From Octopus vulgaris (Eukaryota), in assembly GCA_951406725.2 (NCBI GenBank), contig OX597821.1:113460001-113524000 (forward strand): 64,000 nucleotides of DNA, read 5' to 3'. The notes beneath the pieces were generated by a model, which was not told the origin of the DNA, searched no databases, and saw only the letters and a list, made by a program, of their open reading frames with translations. The position numbers were made by a program, and so were the translations under genes. Positions 14,201-25,530 of the stretch are shown piece by piece. How positions within the stretch are numbered: the first letter of the stretch is position 1; the number at the start of each line of letters is the position of its first letter.

Positions 14201-14494
14201 ATAGAATGGTTGTATACTGTCAATCTAACGTGAACGTGACAGTAGGGGATTGCACCACCGCTGTTTAGCCCTAGGAAGCATCAACGCTTCCTGATGGCTT
14301 CGACACAGGTTTTTCCTGTGTCCTTATATATTTACGAAGGGGAGACAAACACCCCCTTCGTAAATATATAAAGACACAGGAAAAAAATGTGTCGAAGCCA
14401 TCAGGAAGCGTTGATGCTTCCTAGGGCTAAACAGCGGTGGTGTAACCCCCTACTGTCACGTTCACGTTAGATTGACAGTATACAACCATTCTAT
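14201..14494. repeat. Near-perfect ~294-bp fold-back palindrome (MITE-like)
   Basis: Arms ~14201-14343 and ~14352-14494 are reverse complements with few mismatches. Confidence 0.92.
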
Positions 14495-14596
14495 CGCCCC
14501 ACCACCGTACATATCTCTATGAGATATTTAGAAATTTAATATTTCTGATATATATATATATTTATATATGTATTCATATATGTATTTATATTTGTT

Positions 14597-14631
<35 letters not shown>

Positions 14632-14955
14632 TTATGTATGCATATGTATGTATGTATTTATGTATGCATATGTATGTATGTATGTATGTATTTATGTATG
14701 CATATCATCATCATCATCATCATCATCATCGTTTAACGTCCGCTTTCCGCGCTAGCACGGGTTGGACGGTTTGACCGGGTCTGGGAAGCCAGGGGCCGCT
14801 CCAGGCTCCAGTCTGAATCTGGCAGAGTTTCTACGGCTGGATGCCCTTCCTAACGCCAACCACTCCGTGAGTGGATTGGGTGCTTTTTACGTGCCACCTG
14901 CACAGGGGCCGGAGGGTCCGGCATCGTCACGATCGGATTCGAGCATTTTAACGTG

Positions 14956-17118
14956 TCAGCGGCACGGGGGCAACGAGGTCCGGGGTACTTTGGGGATTGG
15001 GGTATTTTGGGGATCCAGGGTACTTTGGGGATCCGGGGTACTTTGGGGATCCGGGGTACTTAGAATGGGTAGGGGGGTACTTAGAATGGGTAGGGGGGTA
15101 CTTAGAATGGGTAGGGGGTATGTGGAATTGCTGCAGAAAGCAGCCCGGGTCTTTGTAGTCACAGCATATCTCCAGAGATCTCGGTCCTTCGCCATTGCCT
15201 CAGTGAGGCCCAATGCTCTGAGGTCATGCTTGACCACCTCATCCCATGTCTTCCTGGGTCTACCTCTCCCCTGATACCTTCAACTGTTTGGGAGTGGCAC
15301 TTCTTCACACATCTCTCTTCATCCATCCGCAGCACATGACCATACCATCGCAAGCGTCGCTCTTGCACACCACATCTGATGCTTCTTATATCCAGCATTT
15401 CTCTCAGGATACTTACACTCTGTTTTGCGTGCACACTGACACTACACATCCAGCGGATCATGCTAGCTTCATTTCTTTCAAGTCTACGCATGTCTTCTGC
15501 AGTCACAGCCCATGTTTCATTACCGTGAAGCATGGCAGTTCGCACACATGCATCATATAATCTACCTTTTGCTCTGAGGGAGAGGCCTTTTGTTGCCAGT
15601 AGGGGTAGGAGCTTTCTGAACTTTGCCCAGGCTATTCGTATTCTAGTGGTGATACTCTCTGTGCATCCACCTCCGCTACTAACTTGGTCTCCCAGGTAGC
15701 GGAAACTATCAACTACTTCTAGTTTCTCTCCCTGGAGTGTGATGGAATCTGTTTTCTGAGTGTCTGTTGTGTCTATTGTCCCTGTGCATCTGCCGCACAT
15801 GAAAGCTATCTTATCTGTTAATTTCCCTTTAATGTTGCTGCACCTCTTATGTGTCCATAACTTACATTGGGTGCATCTTATGGAGTTTCTACCTGTACCT
15901 TTCCTACAGGTTGAGCAGGGCCACCTACCCGAGGGGATGTGTGTTGAGTACCTCTTGCTGCTTACTAATACTTTGGTCTTTGCTACATTTATTCTAAGGC
16001 CCTTTGATTCCAACCCTTGCTTCCATACCCGAAATTTCTCTTCTAGTTCCGGTAGTGATTCTGCTATGAGAGCTAGGTCATCGGCATAGAGGAGCTCCCA
16101 GGGGCATCCCGTTTTGAATTCCTCTGTTATTGCTTGAAGTACTATGATGAACAAAAGGGGACTGAGGGCTGAGCCCTGGTGCACACCTACTTCTACTCGG
16201 AATTCTTCACTATATTCGTTGCCAATCCTAACCTTGCTAACAGCCTCTCTGTATAGAGCCTGTACAGCCCTTATTAGCCATTCTTCAATCTCCAGTTTCC
16301 GCATCGACCACCAGATAAGGGAACGGGGAACCCTGTCAAAGGCTTTCTCCAAGTCTACAAAAGCTATGTAGAGGGGTTTATCTTTAGCTAGGTACTTCTC
16401 CTGCAGTTGTCGGACCAGGAATATAGCATCAGTGGTGCTTCTACCTGGTACAAAACCGAACTGCATTTCATCTAAACAAATTCTCTCCCTAATGAGATTG
16501 GTTATGACCTTCTCTGAGACCTTCATCACCTGGTCCAACAGTTTGATACCTCTGTAGTTATTTCTATCTAGAGCATCACCCTTACCCTTGTAGCAGTTGA
16601 CTATGGTACTGCTGCACCAGTCATTGGGTATGGCTCCATTGTGAACTACCTGGTTTACAATGCGGGTGACTATGGCATGGCCCACATAGCCAGCTGTTTT
16701 AAGCATCTCAGCAGTGATTCCTGATAGGCCAGGGGCTTTGCCTGGTTTCATATCCTTAATTGCCTTATCTACAAGGGAGCTGTCTATTCGGGTAGCTGGT
16801 CCCTCTACTGGGTCAACATTTGGCAGGCTCTCCTCCTCCCATTCATTCTCCTCATTTAGCAGTCTTTCATAATGGCTTCTCCAGGCCTCTTTCTTTTCAC
16901 TAGTAGTAAAAGCAAGTGCCCCATCATCCATGCGGACACATTTCTCTCCTATAACATCGCTATTTTCTCTGACACACTGTCTGGCAATCCGAAATACTTC
17001 AGCTCTTTGATCCTCGCGACGCTGGACATTGGCAAACTTCTTCTTTTCTGCTACATCTTTGGCAATGTATACCTGCCGCCCAGCCTCCCTTTTGGCTATC
17101 TGGTACAGTTCCCTGCTG
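14956..17118 (-). CDS. RTE ORF, RT domain with inserted PHD finger and C-terminus (one further frameshift at ~15268-15271)
   Basis: KGKGD..NYRGIKL, QFGF..GRST.DAIF, FVDLEKAFDRV, GVHQGSALSPLLF, LLYADD, FRYLG, RLRWYGHV; C-terminal GRPRKTW..DRDLWR lies in the shifted frame ending at 14956. Confidence 0.92.
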
Positions 17119-18280
17119 CCCCCTCCTTCCAGGCTTTCCAGGCCCGTCTCTTTTCACAGATGGCTTTATCTACTGCACTATTCCACCACCACGTAATTCT
17201 AGGTCTGGAAGGGACTTTGCACCATCCACAAACTTGGTCTGTGGCACTCAACAAGCTGTCCCGTAGGAATTCCCAGCTACCTTCTATGTCTGACGTCTGA
17301 AGCTCCTCTTCCCTCTCATCAAATTTCTTGATGAGTATGTCCCTAAATTTCTGACCATGCGAAGGGTTCTTTAGCCTCCAAATCCTTCTTTTCTGGATTG
17401 GTTTGTTTCTTGGAGTCCTTCTGGCCTCAAGCTTAAAGTCACTGATGATTAGTCTATGCTGAGGGATACATTCTTCACCCGGGAGGGTCTTTGTATTCAA
17501 GAGCAACCCTGCATCCCGTTGTCTGGTGAGGATGAAGTCTATTTGGCTAGCGGAGTCTCCTGACTGATAAGTTATAAGGTGGCAGACTGGCTTCTTGAAG
17601 TTAGTGTTGCAGATTGAAAGGTTACATGCATCACAGAATTCCAGTAGTCTAGTTCCCTCATCGTTTCTGGTGCCAATACCATATCCACCATGTACCCCAG
17701 TGAAGATACCCGATTCCCGCCCAACATGCCCGTTAAAATCTCCACCTACAAAGATGAGGTCCTTGTTACTAGTCTTTGAAGTAGCCTGCAGAAGGGTATC
17801 ATAAAAGTTGTCCTTCTGATCATTTGGTAGTCCCGCTTGTGGGGCATAGGCTGAGATAATCATAGCTGTGCCACTCTGTAGGACCAACCTGAGCTTAAGC
17901 ACTCTATCACAAACCCTGACAACCTCTATGACCTTATCCACCCATTCCTCCGCAAGGAGAATGCCTACACCCCCTACACCTTCCGCGTTACCTTGCCAGT
18001 AGAGTTTGTATCTAAGTGCCTTGCCCGTGAGGACCCTAGCCGAAGCATCTCTCCATCTTACCTCTTGTATGCAGCATACATCAACCTGTCTTCTCTCTAG
18101 CATCTCTACAATCTCACTAGACTTGCCTGTCAATGTACCAACATTGATAGTGCCAACTCTGAAAACTGGGAAGGAGATGTGGGGGGACAGGGGGATTCGG
18201 CACCTGAGAAGAGGAGGGTTGTAGTGGTGGTGATAGTTTTCGTGGTATTTTTCTTTTGATCTCTCTTCCAACCTGACCAC
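17096..18280 (-). CDS. RTE ORF, N-terminal part: apurinic-like endonuclease (APE) domain
   Basis: Motifs GTINVGTL, CIQEVRW, GVGIL, SAYAPQ, GDFNGHVG, IDFIL, QHRLI. Frame shifts at C5 run ~17119-17123 into the RT frame. The listed start is GTG, not ATG. Confidence 0.92.
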   Translation of the reverse strand: MVRLEERSKEKYHENYHHHYNPPLLRCRIPLSPHISFPVFRVGTINVGTLTGKSSEIVEMLERRQVDVCCIQEVRWRDASARVLTGKALRYKLYWQGNAEGVGGVGILLAEEWVDKVIEVVRVCDRVLKLRLVLQSGTAMIISAYAPQAGLPNDQKDNFYDTLLQATSKTSNKDLIFVGGDFNGHVGRESGIFTGVHGGYGIGTRNDEGTRLLEFCDACNLSICNTNFKKPVCHLITYQSGDSASQIDFILTRQRDAGLLLNTKTLPGEECIPQHRLIISDFKLEARRTPRNKPIQKRRIWRLKNPSHGQKFRDILIKKFDEREEELQTSDIEGSWEFLRDSLLSATDQVCGWCKVPSRPRITWWWNSAVDKAICEKRRAWKAWKEGAAGNCTR

Positions 18281-18970
18281 GCCGTGGGCAGGAGCTGGTG
18301 TTAGCAGTGGACATTTGTTATCGTCTCTGAGTAACGTAATTAGGTAGAGGAAAGAAATACAGATATTCTAGAGTTGAGTTGGGGAGGTCCAGTTGAGGCG
18401 GGTAATATAGGGGAGCAACCAGTGGGGAAGGTTGGGGTAAGGAGGAACGATGGCAGGAAGGGTTGGTGTAGGTTCCTAAGAAATAAAAACGTAGGATATT
18501 ACGAGGCGGGAGGGTACTAAAGGGGATGGTCGGATTGACGAGGCGGGAGGGTACTAAAAGGGGATGGTCGGATTGAGGCAGTAAGCGTAAGATCGGTGGG
18601 CAGTTGATGAGCTATGGCGCTAGCAGCTTGTCTTAAGCATATGAGGAGAAGGGTACTAAAAGGGGATGGTCGGATTGAGGCAGTGTCAGGAGGAAGCGTA
18701 AGATCGGTGGGCAGTTGATGAGCTATGGCGCTAGCAGCTTGTCTTAAGCATATGAGGAGAAGTGGTAGTGGGGGGAGGAGGAGGGAGTAGGGCGTACCCA
18801 GTGTAGATGAGTAAGGTGTATCCGGTGTAGATGGAGAGAACGGGGTATACTGGTATTGGTGGTGGGGGGGGGTGAGAACAGTGTTCAACGGTATTGGTGG
18901 TGGGGGTGAGAACAGTGTTCAACGGTATTGGTGGTGGGGGTGGGGGGGCGGGCGCACCGCAATGGCTGAA

Positions 18971-20797
18971 AGATGGGAAAAAGATGGGATTACGGCTTGA
19001 GGCAGCCTGCGGTTAAATATTGTAGAGAGAGAGATAGGAAGATAAATCAAGTTATGGCGAAGGCTTGAAAGTAGCCTAAAAAAGGTTAAATTTTCGTAAC
19101 AGTGTATGAATAAACGTATTAACAACGAATAAAAAATATAGTAAGATAAATTTTTTAAGAACTTGCTGCGGTCATCGAGCGGGAGTTGAAATTGAAGAAG
19201 AAAGTAGTTGAACTGGGAATTTAAATTGCAGAATCGTAATAGTAATAGTAATGGCGGTTTTCAAGTTTTAGCATATGAAGAAGAAGAGGAGGAAAAAGAA
19301 GACAGATGGGAAAAAGATGGGATTACGGCTTGAGGCAGCCTGCGGTTAAATATTGTAGAGAGAGAGATAGGAAGATAAATCAAGTTATGGCGAAGGCTTG
19401 AAAGTAGCCTAAAAAAGGTTAAATTTTCGTAACAGTGTATGAATAAACGTATTAACAACGAATAAAAAATATAGTAAGATAAATTTTTTAAGAACTTGCT
19501 GCGGTCATCGAGCGGGAGTTGAAATTGAAGAAGAAAGTAGTTGAACTGGGAATTTAAATTGCAGAATCGTAATAGTAATAGTAATGGCGGTTTTCAAGTT
19601 TTAGCATATGAAGAAGAAGAGGAGGAAAAAGAAGACAGATGGGAAAAAGATGGGATTACGGCTTGAGGCAGCCTGCGGTTAAATATTGTAGAGAGAGAGA
19701 TAGGAAGATAAATCAAGTTATGGCGAAGGCTTGAAAGTAGCCTAAAAAAGGTTAAATTTTCGTAACAGTGTATGAATAAACGTATTAACAACGAATAAAA
19801 AATATAGTAAGATAAATTTTTTAAGAACTTGCTGCGGTCATCGAGCGGGAGTTGAAATTGAAGAAGAAAGTAGTTGAACTGGGAATTTAAATTGCAGAAT
19901 CGTAATAGTAATAGTAATGGCGGTTTTCAAGTTTTAGCATATGAAGAAGAAGAGGAGGAAAAAGAAGACAGATGGGAAAAAGATGGGATTACGGCTTGAG
20001 GCAGCCTGCGGTTAAATATTGTAGAGAGAGAGATAGGAAGATAAATCAAGTTATGGCGAAGGCTTGAAAGTAGCCTAAAAAAGGTTAAATTTTCGTAACA
20101 GTGTATGAATAAACGTATTAACAACGAATAAAAAATATAGTAAGATAAATTTTTTAAGAACTTGCTGCGGTCATCGAGCGGGAGTTGAAATTGAAGAAGA
20201 AAGTAGTTGAACTGGGAATTTAAATTGCAGAATCGTAATAGTAATAGTAATGGCGGTTTTCAAGTTTTAGCATATGAAGAAGAAGAGGAGGAAAAAGAAG
20301 ACAGATGGGAAAAAGATGGGATTACGGCTTGAGGCAGCCTGCGGTTAAATATTGTAGAGAGAGAGATAGGAAGATAAATCAAGTTATGGCGAAGGCTTGA
20401 AAGTAGCCTAAAAAAGGTTAAATTTTCGTAACAGTGTATGAATAAACGTATTAACAACGAATAAAAAATATAGTAAGATAAATTTTTTAAGAACTTGCTG
20501 CGGTCATCGAGCGGGAGTTGAAATTGAAGAAGAAAGTAGTTGAACTGGGAATTTAAATTGCAGAATCGTAATAGTAATAGTAATGGCGGTTTTCAAGTTT
20601 TAGCATATGAAGAAGAAGAGGAGGAAAAAGAAGACAGATGGGAAAAAGATGGGATTACGGCTTGAGGCAGCCTGCGGTTAAATATTGTAGAGAGAGAGAT
20701 AGGAAGATAAATCAAGTTATGGCGAAGGCTTGAAAGTAGCCTAAAAAAGGTTAAATTTTCGTAACAGTGTATGAATAAACGTATTAACAACGAATAA
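18971..20797 (-). repeat. Tandem array of 333-bp monomers (~5.5 copies) forming the 5' end of the RTE
   Basis: AGATGGGAAAAAGATGGG recurs at 18971, 19304, 19637, 19970, 20303, 20636. An identical 65-aa ORF recurs every 333 bp in the track. Confidence 0.97.
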
Positions 20798-20906
20798 CAT
20801 ATGTATGTATGTATTTATGTATGCATATGTATGTATGTATTTATGTATGCATATGTATGTATGTATTTATATATGCATTTATATATGTATATATATATAT
20901 ATATGT

Positions 20907-22095
20907 CATCATCATCATCGTTTAACTTTCCGTTTTCCATGCTAGCATGAGTTGGATGGTTCAACCGGGATCTTGGAAGCCAGGAGGCTGCACCAGGCTC
21001 CAGCCTGATCTGGCAGTCTGACTACAGCTGGATGCCCTTCCTATCACCAACCACTCTGTGAGTGTGGTGCGTGCTTTTTACGTGCCGCTGGCACAGGGGC
21101 CAGGGGAGGCAGGCAACAGCCATGATCAGTTGGTGCTTTTTACGTGCCACCAGCATGGAAGCCGGCCAAGGCGGTGCTGGCATTGGCCATGTTTGGATGG
21201 TGCTTTTTACGTGCCACCGGCACAGGTATCATAACTACAATTTCCACTTGATTTTTATTTTGATGTTGATGTACTTGACTCAATAGGTCTCCTGAAGCAC
21301 AGCAGATCGCCCCACGATCCAAGGTACTTTGAATGGGCTAGGACTGGTTGTGTGAAGCTGGTGTAGGATATAGCCATGAACTCACTTTATTTGTCGGGTC
21401 TTCGCAGTCACAGTATATCTTCAGAGTTGAGGCCCAATTTTCGAAGGTCATGCTTGGCCATCTCATCCTATGTCTTCCTGGGTTTACCTCTACCCCGGAC
21501 TCCTTCAACTGTTTGGGAGTGGCACTTCTTCACACATCTCTCCTCATCCATCCATAGTACATGACCATACCAGTGCAAACGTCTCTCTTGAATGCCACAT
21601 CTGATGCTTCTTATATCCAACATTTCTCTCAGGGCAATTACACTCTGTCGTGTGTGCACACTGACATTACACATCCAGCGGATCATGCTAGCTTCATTTC
21701 TTTCAAGCCTACGCATGTCCTCTGCAGTCACAGCCCATGTTTCACTGCCGTGAAGCATGGCAGTTTCACTCTGAGCAAGAGACCCTTTGTCACCAATAGG
21801 GGTAGAAGCTTTCTAAACTTTGCCCAGGCTACTCTTATTCTAGTAGTAACACTCTCTGAGCATCCACCCCCACAACTAACTTGGTCACCTAGGTAGCGGA
21901 AGCTATCAACTACTTCTAGTTTCTTCCCCTGGAGTATGATGGAATCTGTTTTCTGAGTATCTGTGTGCGCCTGTGCATCTGTCACACATGAAAGCTATCT
22001 TCTCGGTTAATTTTCCTTTAATGTTGCTGCACCTCTTATGCGTCCATTGCTTACACTGGGTACATCTTATGGAGTTTCTACCTACACCTTTTCGA
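20907..22095 (-). mobile_element. 5'-truncated, decayed copy of the same RTE family
   Basis: Encodes CRKGVGRNSIRCTQCKQWTHKRC (PHD part), LEVVDSFRYLG, ETWAVT..RLERNE; same 3' UTR and (GAT)n tail; internal deletion and frameshifts. Confidence 0.9.
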
Positions 22096-22522
22096 CATTC
22101 ATTCAAAACCTGTGATTTTTTTTACCCCACCTCTACCTCTTTAATCCTAGCAAATTATTTGAACAAACTCAATCCGGTTGTGTGACTGTCCAATCAAAAT
22201 CTGTTTAGATATCTCATCTGTTGCATGTGGTCATTGTATTATTGTCACTAAGGTTCATCACAAAACGAGTATGAGTTGTGATCAATATTAATTACGTGTC
22301 TCTGCTGTTAGTCTCCTATGTAATCAGCAATCAATATTAAACTACAGGTAAATATTACCTGAAACCAGATTTTCAACAATTGATGCAATGAGTAAAAGAT
22401 GTAATTAGATTTTTGAGAGAGACGTGTTTGTGTACACATAATGCTTCTATTCCTTTGTGTTCCATTCCCAAAGCTGTGGCCATGCTTCAGCACCACTATT
22501 AGTCTACATGGATATGTATGTG

Positions 22523-22556
<34 letters not shown>

Positions 22557-23897
22557 AACATACACACAGATTTGTATATTTGTGTGTGTATATATACATA
22601 TATATACCGAAGATTCATAATATAATTGGTATTTTATGTTTTATTTTAATCAGTTATTTAATTAATGAAATATTCCAACATCAGTTGTCATATGTTTATC
22701 TCGTTTCATATTGTAGATTATAGATATATATGTATAATCATGCATACACACATACGGTAGAAAAAATAGTACTCGAATACCGAAGGTAGAGTAATAAACT
22801 TTTCATTAAAGCGGCAAAATTATGGCAAGATTGTTACTCAGTTTGTCGGACAATTTTTGATGAAAACTTAATGAAAACTGTGATTGTGCATGTAATATAG
22901 TGTGATGTTTATGCGTGGATGTTTCTATGTGTTTGTAGGTATAATATTGAGATTGTGCATATTTACATATGGTTATGTATGCATGTAATTATATATGTCT
23001 GTATATGTTTTTATCTATGTATATTTGCTTGTACACTGTAAATTTGTTATTGAATTTTCCTTTTATTTTAATGCCACTTATTTTTATCTCATTTTTTAAC
23101 ACCTGTACACCTGTCTTGTGATCCTACTTCATTATTAATTATTATCAGTTAGTTAATTCATTAATTTTGGTACTTCCCCCCCCCATTCTAAGCAAGGTTT
23201 TTTTTGTTGTTGTTTTTTTTATTAAAATGTGATTAAATGAAGCCAGCAAGCTGGCAGAATCATTAGCACACCAGGTGAAATGCTTAGTGGTATTTCACCT
23301 GTTGCTCCATTCTGAGTTCAAATTCCGCCTAGGTCGACTTTGCCTTTCATCCTTTCGGGGTCGATTAAATAAGTATCAGTTACACACTGGGATCGATATA
23401 ATCGACTTAATTCATTTGTCTGTCCTTGTTTGTCCCCTTTGTTTAGGTGGGTAGTAAAGAAATAGGTATTTCACCCGTTGCTCCGTTCTGAGTTCAAATT
23501 CCGCTAAGGTTGACTTTGCCTTTCATCCTTTCGGGGTCGATAAATTAAGTACCAGTGAAACGCTGGTATCGATGTGTTTTTATGTAGGTACAGTGTTAAG
23601 ATTATGCATATTTACATAAGTTACCCCCACCCACCCACCCAATTATATCATAATATATATATATATTTATACTTTACTGCTAATTTTCAAACACTCAGCT
23701 TGTAATGAAAATCAATCACCCAATCAAATTTAAAAGCTCATTCATTGATTTGAATTATATTGCATCACACTATATTACATATACAATCAGATTTTTAATT
23801 CAGTTTTTATCACAACCATCCAACAAATGAGAACATGAAACTCTAACAGTTTTGTGATAATTTTACAGCTTTAATAAAAGCATATATATATACATAC

Positions 23898-23941
<44 letters not shown>

Positions 23942-23952
23942 ATATATATACA

Positions 23953-24330
23953 GGCGCAGGAGTGGCTGTGTGGTAAGTAGCTTGCTAACCAACCACATGG
24001 TTCCAGGTTCAGTCCCACTGTGTGGCATCTTGGGCAAGTGTCTTCTGCCCTAGCCCTGGGCCAACCAATGCCTTGTGAATGGATTTGGTAGACGGAAACT
24101 GAAAGAAGCCTGTCGTATATATGTATGTGTGTGTTTGTGTTTGTTCCCCTAGCATTGCTTGACAACCGATGCTGGTATGTTTACATCCCCGTAACTTAGC
24201 GGTTCGGCAAAAGAGACCGATAGAATAAGTACTGGGCTTACAAAGAATAAGTCACGGGGTTGATTTGCTCGACTAAAGGCGGTGCTCCAGCATGGCCACA
24301 GTCAAATGACTGAAACAAGTAAAAGAGTAA
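23953..24330 (+). mobile_element. Full-length tRNA-derived SINE, family A (CORE-like central part); ~20 full or partial copies in window, e.g. 30999-31368+, 55893-56215+, 10755-11075-, 60500-60780-
   Basis: A-box TGGCTGTGTGG, B-box GGTTCAGTCC, CTTGGGCAAGTG core, internal (TG)n, 3' GGTGCTCCAGCATGGCC..GACTGAAACAAGTAAAAGA. Confidence 0.85.
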
Positions 24331-24559
24331 GACTATATACATATAGCTTAGATAACTTAGATTGGTTTCGGCCATGACTAACTCACCTGGAAAAGTCTTT
24401 TAGTTAATTATTTCACTACACCATGGACCACTCAAACAGAGAGTTGTTGGTTGAGACGAATCCAGGTGTAGGTGGTTTATCTGGTATTTCCAGGTATTGT
24501 TTGAAAGTTGTGGGGCTTTTTTTCTACTTTAATTTCTTTCAGGATAACATTGAAAAGAG

Positions 24560-24595
<36 letters not shown>

Positions 24596-24890
24596 CACAT
24601 ATATATAAGTGTGTATATGTATGTACATGCCTGTGAGGTACCCATCCATAGGAATATGACCAGGCTGCTTGAAATAGAGGGTTTAAAAATCTGAAGTCAG
24701 AGATTAACATTGTTCTTACAAAAGATTATTAAAAGTACAATTTATTTGTTTTAAATTTTAATTTTATCTATCAGTTAATCTCTTATACTAAATACTGGTT
24801 TCAAATTCTGGTACAAGGCTGGCAATTTTATGGACTGAAAGAATGAGAGGCAAAGTCAACTTTGGTAAAATTTGAATTCTGATCATGAAA

Positions 24891-25250
24891 ACAGAGGGAG
24901 CACTCCCAACAAAACAACAGAGGGAGCACTCCCAACAAAACAAAACACAGGGAGCTCTCCCAACAAAACAACAGAGGGAGCACTCCCAACAAAACAACAG
25001 AGGGAGCACTCCCAACAAAACAACAGAGGGAGCACTCCCAACAAAACAACAGAGGGAGCACTCCCAACAAAACAACAGAGGGAGCACTCCCAACAAAACA
25101 ACAGAGGGAGCACTCCCAACAAAACAACACAGGGAGCACTCCCAACAAAACAACACAGGGAGCACTCCCAACAAAACAACACAGGGAGCACTCCCAACAA
25201 AACAACACAGGGGTCACCCCCAACGAAACAACACTGAGGGCACCCAACTA
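24891..25250 (+). repeat. 26-bp minisatellite (ACAGAGGGAGCACTCCCAACAAAACA)n, ~13 units
   Basis: Direct reading; each unit holds the inverted repeat GGGAG-CA-CTCCC. Confidence 0.95.
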
Positions 25251-25530
25251 AACAATGGTTATATGGGAATGTACCAACTTTCTTATCAACCATCCAAGAC
25301 TAGAGATTGAAGTTTGCTGGCCACTGCTGGAGGAATATAGAAGAACTTGTGTTGCTGTGGTCACCAAGTAATGGCACCAGAACAGCTGGAAGACCACAGA
25401 AGATGCATATATAACAGCTTGCAGAAGATGTTGGATGCCAAGTTGAAGACCTAAGAGCATTAATGGAAGATCGGTAGGGATGGAGAGAAGTAGTCAGGCT
25501 GGATGCCTTGATAGAAAAAAAATAAAAATG
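25236..25530 (+). mobile_element. 3' fragment of a second RTE-type LINE family
   Basis: HPTKQWLYG..RLKFAGHCWR..LLWSP..GRP..DLRALMEDR.GWR translation with stops; A-rich end. Confidence 0.7.

Larger units (their letters stand above)
14705..20797 (-). mobile_element. Apparently full-length RTE-clade non-LTR retrotransposon (LINE), antisense in intron
   Basis: APE + RT coding region, (GAT)n 3' tail at ~14705-14730, long 5' region with tandem monomers, similar TATG-rich flanks on both sides. Confidence 0.92.

Noticed and set aside
14820-14900. Twister ribozyme near the GGAAGGGCATCC motif of the RTE tail
   Set aside because: Could not find the twister core pairing or conserved residues by eye; kept only as a generic structured element.
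18919-20790. Six repeated 65-68-aa ORFs as a tandem gene family
   Set aside because: By-product of the 333-bp monomers; non-ATG start and no recognisable domain.
24891-25250. CRISPR-like array of palindromic repeats
   Set aside because: Units are head-to-tail with no unique spacers, no cas genes, eukaryotic context; it is a minisatellite.
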